A stretch of DNA of 64,000 nucleotides from Candidatus Buchananbacteria bacterium (GCA_013359225.1 JABWCG010000001.1:276441-340440), one strand, 5' to 3'; shown: positions 38,781-49,258, counted from the stretch's first letter. Made by a program: numbers and translations. Notes: generated by a model from the sequence alone, not told the origin.

Positions 38781-39102
38781 ATGCCAAAAGATCAATTATT
38801 GTTCCGGTCGCCCCGTCTTCAGCGCGACGTCGACGGCGACCAACATAGGGATTTCGACGACGAAGTTCAGTTTCGGTTTGGTGTTCAGTAACAGCCGTCG
38901 GGTTAACCATTGTCTGTCTTAAAACAGATTCAAAATTGGTTTCGGCATCCTGACGATGTCGTTCGGCTGTTTTGCCAGGATCATCCTGATCCTTAATGAC
39001 GACTGTCAGTCGCTGCAACCCTACCCCCAACTGGGCGGCCGCGACGGTCTGATGCCCAGTGCTTTTGTCTAAAAGCAGGCCCGGCAAAGGAGTGATTTGC
39101 AT
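38779..39102 (-). CDS. Hypothetical 107-aa protein downstream of recR
   Basis: GGAGG SD 7 nt before ATG; ends at the terminator. Confidence 0.6.
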   Translation of the reverse strand: MQITPLPGLLLDKSTGHQTVAAAQLGVGLQRLTVVIKDQDDPGKTAERHRQDAETNFESVLRQTMVNPTAVTEHQTETELRRRNPYVGRRRRRAEDGATGTIIDLLA

Positions 39103-39136
39103 AGTAACACCTCCCTGGTTTCAGGTTAAATGCTCC

Positions 39137-39739
39137 TTAAAGCTCTCGGCGTCCTTTGAGAGCATTAGTCAAAGTAATCTCGTCGATATACTCCAGATCA
39201 CTGCCGATTGGCAAGCCTTGCGCCAGACGAGTGATCTTAATTGTTTTAAACTGTTTAAGTAGTTTTGTCAAATACATGATCGTTGTTTCTCCTGACATAT
39301 CTGAATTTAGTGCCAAGATAACCTCTAAAACATTATCTTGCTTAATCCGACCAACCAACTCACGAATTTTTAATTGTTCCGGCGTAATACCATTAATGGG
39401 GTCAACAACGCCTCCTAATACGTGATACGTTCCCTGGTACTGATTAGTGCTTTCTAGAGCCACCAAATCCTGTGGCTTGGAAACCACACAGACAACCTTA
39501 TTGTTTCTTTTAGTGTCAGCACAGATAAAACAGGGGTCTTCTGAAGAAAAATTATAACATTTACGGCAAACTGTGACCGCATCCTTAAGCTGGCTGATAT
39601 TAGTTGCTAATGTATTCAAATATTCTTTGGGCTGTTTGAGCAAATGAAAAATCAACCGCTCTGCTGTTTTGGGGCCGATGCCAGGCAGGCGGGAAAGCTG
39701 AGAAATAAGCTCCCTGATCACTCGTGGATATGGAGTCAT
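39137..39739 (-). CDS. recR: Recombination mediator RecR
   Basis: LPGIGPKTAERL, C4 zinc finger, YHVLGG, TRLAQGLPIGSDLEY. Confidence 0.96.
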   Translation of the reverse strand: MTPYPRVIRELISQLSRLPGIGPKTAERLIFHLLKQPKEYLNTLATNISQLKDAVTVCRKCYNFSSEDPCFICADTKRNNKVVCVVSKPQDLVALESTNQYQGTYHVLGGVVDPINGITPEQLKIRELVGRIKQDNVLEVILALNSDMSGETTIMYLTKLLKQFKTIKITRLAQGLPIGSDLEYIDEITLTNALKGRREL

Positions 39740-40021
39740 TTATGATTTACTATTAACTGAATAAATTAAGGTGATTGAACCGACCCAGATCGGCGCTAAA
39801 ACCGGTAAAATTACCTCAATTGAAATATTAAAAAAACTAAGCGCCCCGGCACATAGTCCAGTAATAATCGTACCAATTAAAACAGCGGTTAGTAATGATT
39901 TCTTTTTATTAACTGGACGATTATGTGCCAATGATGGCAAGACCGGTGAAATTGGCTGAGGGGGTAGGTGAGGATGAGCATGCCTGTCGGCATGCTCGTG
40001 CGGTAGTGGTGGTAAGGGCAT
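39740..40021 (-). CDS. Small membrane protein with Pro/His-rich N-terminus, between dnaB and recR
   Basis: MPLPPLPHEHADRHAHPHLPP plus two TM helices; abuts both neighbours. Confidence 0.65.
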   Translation of the reverse strand: MPLPPLPHEHADRHAHPHLPPQPISPVLPSLAHNRPVNKKKSLLTAVLIGTIITGLCAGALSFFNISIEVILPVLAPIWVGSITLIYSVNSKS

Positions 40022-40025
40022 AAAA

Positions 40026-41408
40026 TTAGAATGGAATATCGCTGTCGCTAATTTTGCTGGCAACGCTCTTAAAACTGACGTGTTTTTCGTCAAAGAAAAG
40101 TCTTAGTTTTCCGGTTGGACCGTTACGGTGTTTAGCCACCAAAACTTCAGCCAAATTGGCTTTGTCAGGCGGTAAATCCTGCTGGTACATTTTTTCCCGG
40201 TAGATAAATAATACCACATCAGCGTCTTGCTCAATAGATCCTGATTCGCGCAAATCGGCCAAGCGAGGAACGTGGCTATCTCGGGATTCAACCGACCGAG
40301 ACAGCTGCGACAGTGCCAATACCGGAACGTTTAATTCGCGAGCGATTGCCTTAAGGTTACGGGAAATTTCTGAAACTTCCTGAACGCGGTTTTCTTTGCC
40401 ACGCGAGCTGCCCTCCATTAACTGTAAATAGTCAATAACAATCAACCCTAAACCATGCTCGGATTGCAAACGCCGTGCTTTAGTTCTGATTTCCATCACG
40501 TTTGAATTAGCAGAGTCATCAATGAAAATTTTTGCTTCCGACAACAAAGCCATTGCCTTGTTAATTTTGGAAAAATCATCATTTTCACCCTGGTCGGTCA
40601 ATTTACCGGTTCTCATTTTCCACAAGTCCACGCCGGCTTCTGAACAAAGCATTCTATCAACCAATTGTTCTTTTGACATTTCCAAGCTAAAGATACCGAC
40701 TGTTTCTTTTGATTTAATTGCCACATTTCGGGCAATGTCCAAAGCCAGCGTCGTTTTTCCGACTGACGGCCGCGCGGCTAAAATAACCAGGTCGGATTTT
40801 TGCAACCCAGCCAAAATATTGTCGAGGTCGGGAAAATGAGTCGGTACGCCGCGTAATTTTCCAGATTCTTTGTGCAGATCGTCAATCCGGTCAAACGTTT
40901 CAACCAAAACTTGATCAATTCCAACAAAACTGCGTTTAATAAATTTTTGCGAAACACTAAAAAGTTTTTGTTCTGCCTGATCCAGTAGTTTATCAACCGC
41001 TTCAGTTTCCACATAGCCTAATTCAGTAATTTCGGAAGCGGCTCGAATTAATCGACGCAAGGTTGCTTTGTTTTGGACAACTGAAGCGTAGTGAACAACA
41101 TGACTGGAAGTAGGAACGCTATTAGCTAGACTGGTCAAATACCCCTGGCCACCAATCAAATCAAGCTTCTTTTTTTCCTCAAGCCGGCTGGCAAGGCTTA
41201 ATAAATCAATTGGCTCCCGACGATCATAAAGCTCTCTGATATTTTCAAAAATAATTCGGTGAGAATCTTTATAAAAATCATCCGGACTGATAATGTCGGC
41301 AATTTTCACGATTGATTCTTTATCAATCAATAAACAGCCTAAAAGCGACTGTTCCATTTCAGTATTTTGCGGCGGAATTTTACCGATTATTTCTCCTATT
41401 TGAGCCAT
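40026..41408 (-). CDS. dnaB: Replicative DNA helicase
   Basis: AARPSVGKT, FSLEMS, IDYLQLM, LSQLSR, DLRESGSIEQDAD, KHRNGPTG. Confidence 0.97.
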   Translation of the reverse strand: MAQIGEIIGKIPPQNTEMEQSLLGCLLIDKESIVKIADIISPDDFYKDSHRIIFENIRELYDRREPIDLLSLASRLEEKKKLDLIGGQGYLTSLANSVPTSSHVVHYASVVQNKATLRRLIRAASEITELGYVETEAVDKLLDQAEQKLFSVSQKFIKRSFVGIDQVLVETFDRIDDLHKESGKLRGVPTHFPDLDNILAGLQKSDLVILAARPSVGKTTLALDIARNVAIKSKETVGIFSLEMSKEQLVDRMLCSEAGVDLWKMRTGKLTDQGENDDFSKINKAMALLSEAKIFIDDSANSNVMEIRTKARRLQSEHGLGLIVIDYLQLMEGSSRGKENRVQEVSEISRNLKAIARELNVPVLALSQLSRSVESRDSHVPRLADLRESGSIEQDADVVLFIYREKMYQQDLPPDKANLAEVLVAKHRNGPTGKLRLFFDEKHVSFKSVASKISDSDIPF

Positions 41409-41580
41409 AAATTAATAGAGTTGATTTTTGAGTTTATGAGCAACTTAATCTTACACGATACCGCGGCATGGTTCAAGGCAGATATTTCCCCCAGATTATC
41501 CACTGCTTTAAGGGCAGAATTATTGCCTAGTTAACTGTTTTTTGGTATGATACATCTGTCTAAAATATTAAATTTAAAAT

Positions 41581-41904
41581 ATGAAACTTATTTTCAAAGA
41601 ATGGTTTAAAATTTTAATTTCAATCTGTATCATTATCGCGACCGTAGCTGTGGTGCAATACTTTTTCTTCTTCTTGCCAGAAGAACGAGATTACAATCGC
41701 CGAGAAGCCAAGCGGTATGAATGCAAACAAGACATTCAAGGTTTGTACAGCCAATATAATGCATCAGCTAACGGACTTGAACAGACTGATGAGAATAAAC
41801 AGCTTCTCTTTTCATTGGCACTTAACCTTGGCTTAATTGATGAAAACGGAACTCCGATTGAGCAAGATCAACTAATCGAAAAGTGCCTGCGAGGCGAGCT
41901 CTAA
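41581..41904 (+). CDS. Hypothetical membrane-anchored protein
   Basis: N-terminal TM helix, two Cys in the soluble part, TGnTATGAT upstream. Confidence 0.65.
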   Translation: MKLIFKEWFKILISICIIIATVAVVQYFFFFLPEERDYNRREAKRYECKQDIQGLYSQYNASANGLEQTDENKQLLFSLALNLGLIDENGTPIEQDQLIEKCLRGEL

Positions 41905-42049
41905 AAATTAGATCAACACCTCTTAGCAAGAGCAAGGCATAATTTTTGCCAATATGCACGGAGGTTTACTTAATTTATTTTTTGGCAACAAGCTTGGTCT
42001 TGATTTTTCCAAAGAAGTTTGTTAGCATATTTTAGTTGATTGATATATT

Positions 42050-42125
42050 GGGTCCATAGCTCAGTTGGTAGAGCAGCTCCCTTTTAAGGAGATGGTCGGA
42101 GGTTCGAATCCTCCTGGACCCACCA
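42050..42125 (+). tRNA. tRNA-Lys(UUU)
   Basis: Cloverleaf GGGTCCA...TGGACCC-ACCA, anticodon loop CTTTTAA, GGTTCGAATCC; followed by an accgc/gcggt+T terminator. Confidence 0.95.
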
Positions 42126-42232
42126 GATACCGCTTAGAGGCGGTTTTTTGTTTTTAGTCTATTTTTTATCTAGCGATAATTACATTTTTTTGTTATAATA
42201 AATTAAGTAATTGCCACTAAAATAAACAAAAA

Positions 42233-44920
42233 ATGGAAAAAACACTCTGGCACACTTTGGCGATCAAAAAAATATTTGAGGAGCTAAATAGTTCCAAGGA
42301 TGGGATCAACTCTCCAGAGGCGGAAAAACGCCTCAAAAAATTCGGATACAACAAGCTGGCCGAAGAAAAAAAACTCTCTGGATTAAAAATTTTTCTTAAC
42401 CAGTTTAAGAGTCCGCTGGTTTATGTTTTGTTCGGTGCCGCCGTTATTTCTCTACTACTAAAAGATTTTCTTGATGCCGCCGTTATTATGGTGGCTGTTT
42501 TTATTAATACAATTCTTGGGTTTTATCAGGAAAATAAAGCAAACAAATCAATTACTTTCCTAAAAAAATTAGTAGATCATAAAGCCAAAGTATTACGCGA
42601 CGGACAAAAGATTGAAATCGACAGTAAGTTATTGGTTCCTGGAGACATTATTTTTATTGAAGCCGGAGACAAGATTCCTGCTGATGCGCGACTAATTAAT
42701 ACCGAAGGACTTCAAGTAATTGAATCAGCACTAACCGGCGAGTCGGTTGCCTCAGATAAAAATTTAACTGTTTTAGACAAAGGAATTGGCTTGGCCGAAC
42801 GTGAAAATATGGTTTACAGCGGTACCATCATTGCCGCCGGACGGGGTCAGGGTATTGTTTGTGAAACCGGCATCAATACGGAAATCGGAAAAATCAGCCA
42901 GATGGTTAAAGATACCAAGGAAGACAAAACGCCGCTCCAGCTACAGCTGGCAAAATTCAGTCAAAATCTTACCTATCTAGTAATCTTTTTATGCTTAGTG
43001 ATTATTGTCATCGGCCTGGTTCAGGGACGGCCACTTTTTGGCGTGGCGGCTGAAGCCAGAGAAGGAATGCTTACCACCGCCGCGGCTATTGCCGTCGCGG
43101 CCATCCCCGAAGGCCTATTAGTTTCAGTTACGGCCGTATTGGCTATTGGCATGCAGGCGATTTTGCGGCGCAAGGCGTTGGTTCGCAAACTGATTGCCGC
43201 CGAAACTCTGGGTGGTGTTTCAATTATTTGCACCGATAAAACCGGAACGCTCACCGAAGGCAATATGCAAGTTTCAATGATCATCACCGCCAGTGATGAA
43301 ATTTCAACAACGCAAGATCTTCGCTACCAAAGCTCCGCCAACCTCAAAGACCATGATTTAATGATGAAAATTTCAGTCTTATGTAATAACGCCGTTATCA
43401 CTAATCCGCGCGACCAACTTGAAAATTGGGAAATGCTGGGAGCACCGACCGAAACCGGATTGTTGCTGGGCGCAATCCAGGCCGGCATCCCATACCAAAA
43501 AATTACCAAAGAACAGCCCCGATTGGCGGAAATACCGTTTAGTTCCGACCGGAAATATATGGCGACACTTAATCGTCTGGACAGCAAAAAAAATGTCGTC
43601 TACGTAAAAGGCGCGCCGGAAAAAGTGATGGCCATGTGCTCTCAGGTCAGAACCGACGGCAAAAAAGTTAAACTGACCGAAAAACAATTGCGATCATTAA
43701 AAACTAAATACGAAAAACTTACCGGGCAAGGATTACGCCTATTGGCCTTTGCTTATAAAAAAACCGCGCCGGAAAAAGATGACTTAACCAAAGAACTTAA
43801 ACAACTAGTCTTTTTAGGGTTTATTGCCCTTAAAGACCCCTTGCGCAAAGAAACAAAAGAAACTTTTCAGCTGGCAATCCAAGCTGGCATCAGGCCGATT
43901 ATCGTTACCGGTGATCACCGCTTAACGGCCCAGGCAATTGTCTCTGAATTAGGGCTTAAAGTTTCGGAAAAAAATATTATTGAAGGACCACAGCTTGACG
44001 ACATCACCGACGAGCAACTTGAAAAAATGGTTAAAGACATTGATATTTATGCGCGCGTTGAGCCGCGGCATAAACTTCGCATCATCAAGGCTTGGCAAGA
44101 CCGGGGAGAAACCGTTGCCATGACTGGTGACGGAGTTAACGACGCACCGGCATTGAAAGCCGCTGACATTGGTATTGCGCTTGGTTCAGGCACTGACATT
44201 GCTAAAGAAACTTCCGACCTAATTTTACTTGATAACAATTTTAAAACAATTGTCGCCGCCGTTGAACGCGGCCGGGTGGTTTATGAAAACATCAAAAAAA
44301 TATTAATTTACCTTTTGGCCAACACCTTCGCCGAAATGGTGTTGATTATCGGATCATTAATACTGGTTTTGCCGCTGCCAATTTTGCCGGCACAAATTAT
44401 CTGGATTAACCTGATTACGGATAGTCTGCCAAACTTAGCGCTGACTTTTGAAAATGGCGAAAAAGAGGTGATGAAAGATAAACCGCGCAAAAAGACCGCC
44501 AAAATCCTGGATGCCAACATGAAATCATTAATATTCATTATTGGTATTTCAACCGATCTGGTTTTGCTGGGTCTTTTCTTCATTTTAGTCAATCTCACAA
44601 CTTTAGACATTGATCAAATCAGAACAATTATCTTTTCTTCAATTGCCCTGGCATCCCTGATGTACGTATTCTCATGCCGCAATCTGCGCCATTCGGTCTT
44701 CTTAAAGAATCCTTTTGATAACAAATTTTTAAACTTGGCGGTTATTATTGGCGTTTTGGTTCAAATTCTAGCAATCTACCAGCCAACCTTGCAAAAAATT
44801 CTTAACACGGTGCCACTAAGCAGCCACGAATGGCTGATCGTCTTGGCTTTGGCTACCATTAAGATAATTTTTATTGAAATTGGAAAATATCGCTTTATTG
44901 TTAAGCCACGTCTAGCCTAA
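42233..44920 (+). CDS. P-type cation ATPase (type IIA, Ca2+-like)
   Basis: TGES, IPEGL, DKTGTLT, KGAPE, TGDGVNDAPAL, WINLITD. Confidence 0.93.
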   Translation: MEKTLWHTLAIKKIFEELNSSKDGINSPEAEKRLKKFGYNKLAEEKKLSGLKIFLNQFKSPLVYVLFGAAVISLLLKDFLDAAVIMVAVFINTILGFYQENKANKSITFLKKLVDHKAKVLRDGQKIEIDSKLLVPGDIIFIEAGDKIPADARLINTEGLQVIESALTGESVASDKNLTVLDKGIGLAERENMVYSGTIIAAGRGQGIVCETGINTEIGKISQMVKDTKEDKTPLQLQLAKFSQNLTYLVIFLCLVIIVIGLVQGRPLFGVAAEAREGMLTTAAAIAVAAIPEGLLVSVTAVLAIGMQAILRRKALVRKLIAAETLGGVSIICTDKTGTLTEGNMQVSMIITASDEISTTQDLRYQSSANLKDHDLMMKISVLCNNAVITNPRDQLENWEMLGAPTETGLLLGAIQAGIPYQKITKEQPRLAEIPFSSDRKYMATLNRLDSKKNVVYVKGAPEKVMAMCSQVRTDGKKVKLTEKQLRSLKTKYEKLTGQGLRLLAFAYKKTAPEKDDLTKELKQLVFLGFIALKDPLRKETKETFQLAIQAGIRPIIVTGDHRLTAQAIVSELGLKVSEKNIIEGPQLDDITDEQLEKMVKDIDIYARVEPRHKLRIIKAWQDRGETVAMTGDGVNDAPALKAADIGIALGSGTDIAKETSDLILLDNNFKTIVAAVERGRVVYENIKKILIYLLANTFAEMVLIIGSLILVLPLPILPAQIIWINLITDSLPNLALTFENGEKEVMKDKPRKKTAKILDANMKSLIFIIGISTDLVLLGLFFILVNLTTLDIDQIRTIIFSSIALASLMYVFSCRNLRHSVFLKNPFDNKFLNLAVIIGVLVQILAIYQPTLQKILNTVPLSSHEWLIVLALATIKIIFIEIGKYRFIVKPRLA

Positions 44921-44924
44921 AATT

Positions 44925-45539
44925 ATGACGGATAAAATTGTTTACCAAAATTTAATTTTAAATGACGATGAATTGGTTGTGGCGACCATTAGGCAGTCAA
45001 TGCTGCTGCTTGGCAAAAAACTGATTATCCCGATCATCATGATCATTGGCGCATTCTTTCTTTTGTATCCGCTTTTTAGCTGGGGCGACCAGGGGATGGT
45101 TATATTTTTTGCCTTAATTGTTGTTGGCATAATCGGCCTGATGCGGTTAATCCTGATATGGTACTGGCAAATCTTGGTAATTACCAACCAAAGAGTAATT
45201 GATGTTGATCGTCCGGGATTGTTTCAAAAAATTGTTTCCGAAACCGACTTAACTAACGTTCAAGATGTTGTATACAAAAGTCGGGGATTAGTTCAAATTC
45301 TAGCTAAAATTGGCACAATCAAAATCAAACTAGCAGATCAAACCACTATTGAAGTTCAAGGAGTTTCAAAACCCCGAGTTATTCAGCAGTTGATTCTTCG
45401 CCTCAAGGCGGAATTCCACGGTTTAGTGCCGTCACTGGACAATCTGACAACCGAGCAGTTGATTATGTTGCTTAAAAACATCCGAAACACTTTAGGAGAA
45501 CAGCAATTCGCGAAAGCTATTCTAAAAGATTTTGAATAA
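44925..45539 (+). CDS. Membrane protein with bacterial PH (bPH_2-like) domain
   Basis: Two TM helices, then LVITNQRVIDV..GLF...VQDV...GTIKI. Confidence 0.75.
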   Translation: MTDKIVYQNLILNDDELVVATIRQSMLLLGKKLIIPIIMIIGAFFLLYPLFSWGDQGMVIFFALIVVGIIGLMRLILIWYWQILVITNQRVIDVDRPGLFQKIVSETDLTNVQDVVYKSRGLVQILAKIGTIKIKLADQTTIEVQGVSKPRVIQQLILRLKAEFHGLVPSLDNLTTEQLIMLLKNIRNTLGEQQFAKAILKDFE

Positions 45540-45600
45540 TAGTTTACTTAAAAGGTAAAAATCTGTTATAATATAATCGTATCTAAAAAAGAAAAATAAA

Positions 45601-45990
45601 GTGGAAGATTTTAAGAAAACTCATAAAAAGTGGCGAAACTTTTTAATTTTTGCTGTTTTGGTAGTGCTTTTATTGATTGGCGGCTTGAATTTTTATCAAA
45701 GCTGGTCTCGCACTAAGGAAGTAAACAACGAAATCTCCCAATTGCAGGAAGAAATCAAAAATCTTGAAAAAAACAACAAAGAATTCCAGGAGCTGATTGA
45801 ATATTTTAATTCTGATGCCTATATTGAAGAGCGCGCCCGACTTGATTTGGGACTGAAAAAAGACGGTGAAAAAGTAGCCGTTATCCCTAAGGGCAATGAA
45901 ACGGCCGACACCAGATCGCAGGAAACCCAAACAAAAAACCGCTCGAATTTAACTAACCCGCAAAAATGGTGGGATTATTTTTTCAACTAA
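45601..45990 (+). CDS. ftsB: Septum formation initiator FtsB/DivIC family
   Basis: TM plus coiled coil plus YIEERARLDLGLKKDGE. Confidence 0.8.
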   Translation: MEDFKKTHKKWRNFLIFAVLVVLLLIGGLNFYQSWSRTKEVNNEISQLQEEIKNLEKNNKEFQELIEYFNSDAYIEERARLDLGLKKDGEKVAVIPKGNETADTRSQETQTKNRSNLTNPQKWWDYFFN

Positions 45991-45993
45991 CCT

Positions 45994-47169
45994 ATGGCTA
46001 ACCCAATTAAAGAAAAAACGCCCGATCTGGACGAAACCGAAATCAGCCGCTTGCGGGATGCTGTCTTAAAATGGGTGGAAGCAAAAAAACAGGTTCCTGT
46101 AAGCCAACCAAAGCCCAGCGTCAAAAAACCGGTCAGTCCGAAGCCAAGTTCAGCGGTACTAAAGCCGGCACCAAAGGTTTTGGTAAAACCAGCAGTCTCA
46201 AATCAACCGCCCAAAATTGCCTTGCCTGAACCGGACAAAAAAATCAGCCTGCCAAGTCCACGACCGAAAAAACGGCTTAAAAAAATAATAGCGGCTTTAA
46301 TTGCTTTGTTTATCTTTAGCTTGGTCATTTTTGGTGTCGGGCTATACTACTTTAAGTGGCAAAACCAATTCACTAAAGCGGTAACAAAATTCATCCCATA
46401 TCCGGTCGCGCTGGTTAACTGGCAGCCGTTATTCTACTATACCTGGCAAGACCAGGTTGATACCCTGTGGAATTTTTACCAACGTGAAGGGGCTAACGAT
46501 TCGTCGCTTCTTATTCCATCATATTCCGAAACACAAAAGCATATTATTGATAGAATGATTGAACTATCACTCATGAACCAGTTGGCCGACTCTTATGGCG
46601 TGAGCGTCAGCGCGGCAGAAGTCAAAGAATATGTTGATTCATTAATTAAAGAAATTGGCAGCCAAGAGGCTTTGGAAAACCAACTTAAAGATTTATACCA
46701 CTGGAGTTTGGACGACTTTCAGCATGAGATTATTGAACCAGTCCTGCTAAAAAATAAATTAGCTATTGCCATTGTTTTAGACGACCGAATTAACAAAGAG
46801 GCTCACGCCAAAATGCAAGAAATTCTGGAAACGCTTCGCAGCGGCGAAAAAACTTTTGAAGAGTTAGCTGAAATATACAGTGAGGACGTCACTGCTTTAC
46901 AGGGAGGGGATTTAGGTTACTTCAGTCGGGGACAAATGGTTAAGGAGTTTGAAGATGCCGCCTTCAATCTTAAGCCGGGTGAAGTTAGCGATATTGTAAA
47001 AACCCAGTTTGGCTACCATCTGATTAAAGTTGAAGAACAATTATTGGACGAAAACGAAACCGTAGTGCAGGTCCGGGCAAAACATATTCTGATCAGGGGC
47101 GTTGATTTCAATCAGTTTTTTGAGAATTTCCGCAATCAGGCAAAAGTCTGGCGTTTCGTTAAAATATAG
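45994..47169 (+). CDS. PrsA/SurA-like parvulin peptidyl-prolyl isomerase
   Basis: TM, SurA-N-like helices, [38 protein letters not shown]. Confidence 0.9.
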   Translation: MANPIKEKTPDLDETEISRLRDAVLKWVEAKKQVPVSQPKPSVKKPVSPKPSSAVLKPAPKVLVKPAVSNQPPKIALPEPDKKISLPSPRPKKRLKKIIAALIALFIFSLVIFGVGLYYFKWQNQFTKAVTKFIPYPVALVNWQPLFYYTWQDQVDTLWNFYQREGANDSSLLIPSYSETQKHIIDRMIELSLMNQLADSYGVSVSAAEVKEYVDSLIKEIGSQEALENQLKDLYHWSLDDFQHEIIEPVLLKNKLAIAIVLDDRINKEAHAKMQEILETLRSGEKTFEELAEIYSEDVTALQGGDLGYFSRGQMVKEFEDAAFNLKPGEVSDIVKTQFGYHLIKVEEQLLDENETVVQVRAKHILIRGVDFNQFFENFRNQAKVWRFVKI

Positions 47170-47192
47170 CGTAACTAAAAATCGTATCGTTT

Positions 47193-47268
47193 TGGAGCCG
47201 ACCGTGGGAATCGAACCCACAACCTACGGTTTACGATACCGTCGCTCTACCAATTGAGCTAGGTCGGC
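47193..47268 (-). tRNA. tRNA-Thr(CGU)
   Basis: Reverse complement GCCGACC...ACGGT-ATCGTAA-ACCGT...GGTCGGC-TCCA. Confidence 0.93.
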
Positions 47269-47311
47269 CAACAAAAAAATACGATTTATTAGTTTGAAAT
47301 GTCACCACCCA

Positions 47312-47383
47312 AGCGGGTGAGCGGAGTCGAACCGCCGTCTTCAGCTTGGGAAGCTGACATAATAGCCGTTATACGACACCCGC
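47312..47383 (-). tRNA. tRNA-Gly(CCC), CCA not encoded
   Basis: Reverse complement GCGGGTG...TCAGC-TTCCCAA-GCTGA...GGTTCGACTCC..CACCCGC-T. Confidence 0.93.
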
Positions 47384-47453
47384 TTAAGCAGTAACACTTC
47401 AAAGTATTTTAGATTATAATTCATTTTTTTAAATAAGAAAAGACCAAAACAAA

Positions 47454-48134
47454 ATGATCATTTTCCGAAATCTAAGCAAAATTTATCCGCCCGATGTGGC
47501 CGCTTTAAAAAATGTCAATCTGCACATCAAGCCAAAAGAGTTTGTTTCAATCGTCGGCCGCAGCGGTACCGGAAAGACCACCATGATGAAAATCTTAACT
47601 GCCGAAGAAAAGCCGACAAAAGGCAATATCATCGTCGGCGGTTGGGATATTACTAATATTAGGCCGTCTGAAGTTCCTGTCTTGCGCCGTCAAATCGGGG
47701 TGGTTTTTCAAGATTTCAAATTATTACATAAAAAAACCGTTTTTGAAAATATTGCTTTTGCGCTCCAAGTTTCCGGCGCGGACCGAAGAAAGATCGACGA
47801 AATTATCCCACAAGTCTTAAAAATTGTCGGCCTCAACGGCAAAGAAGACCGCTATCCGATCCAATTGTCCGGCGGCGAACAGCAGCGCGTTGCCATTGCC
47901 CGCGCCTTAGTTCATCGGCCAAAAATTCTTATTGCCGATGAACCAACCGGAAATCTGGATTCAATCAACACCCGGGAAATTGTTGATTTACTGCTCAAAA
48001 TTAATGAGTTTGGAACCACGGTGGTTATGGTTACCCATAACCGAGAAGTAGTTAATTCAATCAACAAGAGAGTTATCACTATTGATAACGGCGAAGTTGT
48101 TTCCGATCAAAAAGTTGGTAAATATTTATTATAA
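47454..48134 (+). CDS. ftsE: Cell division ATP-binding protein FtsE
   Basis: GRSGTGKTT, RRQIGVVFQDFKLL, LSGGEQQRV, ADEPTGNLD. Confidence 0.93.
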   Translation: MIIFRNLSKIYPPDVAALKNVNLHIKPKEFVSIVGRSGTGKTTMMKILTAEEKPTKGNIIVGGWDITNIRPSEVPVLRRQIGVVFQDFKLLHKKTVFENIAFALQVSGADRRKIDEIIPQVLKIVGLNGKEDRYPIQLSGGEQQRVAIARALVHRPKILIADEPTGNLDSINTREIVDLLLKINEFGTTVVMVTHNREVVNSINKRVITIDNGEVVSDQKVGKYLL

Positions 48135-48137
48135 TCT

Positions 48138-49055
48138 ATGACGCTATCATCACTCTACCGAGTTATCATTTTTGCCTGGCAAAGCTTTTGGCGCAACATC
48201 TGGCTTTCGCTGGTTACTATTACCATCATCGTCCTGACATTTGTATCAATAAACTTTTTAATCGTGGTCAACATCATTACTGATTCGGCAATTGAAATTG
48301 TCAAAAACAAAGTTGACGTCAGCCTTTACTTTCGTCCTGATGTAACTGAACCGCAAGTTTTAGAAGTCAAAACTTATTTATCATCATTAACCCAGGTGCG
48401 AGAAATTGGGTATGTTTCACAGCAACAAGCGCTGGAAAATTTCCGCCAACAGCATCGCCAGGACACCAACATCATTGAATCACTTGCCGAACTGGAGGAA
48501 AATCCAATCGGTGCGACCTTACAGGTAAAAGCAAAAAACATTCAAGATTATCCAGAAATTATTGACGTTTTGAATAATTCAAAATATAACAATTTGATCC
48601 TGGATAAAAACTACGATGACCACAAAGTATATATTGAAAAAATCAAAAACTTTTCCGACAATATCAAAACTATCGGCTTGTTTACTTCAGGAACCTTCGC
48701 TCTGATAGCACTGCTGATTGTTTTTAACACCATCCGAGTTGCAATCTATACTCATCGTCAAGAAATTGCCATCATGAAGCTGGTCGGCGCCACTAATTGG
48801 TTTATTAAAGCGCCGTTTCTAGTTGAGGCAATTTTTTATGGCGTTATTTCCTGTATTATCAGTATTGCTGTTGTGTATCCGGCGATTGGGTTAATTCAAC
48901 CTTATGTTAATAATTTCTTTTTAACTGAAGAGTTTAACATCACTGGATATTTCAACGAAAACTTTTTCCTGATATTTGGACTGGAAATTTTGGTGATTAT
49001 TTTCCTCAATATTGTCAGTAGCAGCATCGCCATGAGGAGGTATTTAAAAGTCTAA
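48138..49055 (+). CDS. ftsX: Cell division permease FtsX
   Basis: ENPIG, FNTIRVAIYTHRQEIAIMKLVGATNWFIKAPF. Confidence 0.93.
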   Translation: MTLSSLYRVIIFAWQSFWRNIWLSLVTITIIVLTFVSINFLIVVNIITDSAIEIVKNKVDVSLYFRPDVTEPQVLEVKTYLSSLTQVREIGYVSQQQALENFRQQHRQDTNIIESLAELEENPIGATLQVKAKNIQDYPEIIDVLNNSKYNNLILDKNYDDHKVYIEKIKNFSDNIKTIGLFTSGTFALIALLIVFNTIRVAIYTHRQEIAIMKLVGATNWFIKAPFLVEAIFYGVISCIISIAVVYPAIGLIQPYVNNFFLTEEFNITGYFNENFFLIFGLEILVIIFLNIVSSSIAMRRYLKV

Positions 49056-49187
49056 TTTAGACACTTAATTGACTATTGACAGTGGAAAAAAATTCACTTA
49101 AGGTATAGAATTGTAAAATCAGTTTTGGAAAACTACAAAAGTCAGTTTAGGGGTAAAGTCTTAGCAAGGCGCACCCCGCACTAGTGC

Positions 49188-49258
49188 TCGGGGGTCGTCT
49201 AATGGTAGGACAGCGGGTTTTGGTCCCGTCAATCTAGGTTCGAATCCTGGCCCCCGAG
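49188..49258 (+). tRNA. tRNA-Gln(UUG), CCA not encoded
   Basis: TCGGGGG...GCGGG-TTTTGGT-CCCGT...GGTTCGAATCC...CCCCCGA-G. Confidence 0.93.

Noticed and set aside
40026-41408. Intein in DnaB
   Set aside because: Normal length (460 aa) with contiguous motifs
42050-42232. tRNA-Lys as an integration site for an island or prophage
   Set aside because: No integrase and no duplicated tRNA 3' end seen in the window
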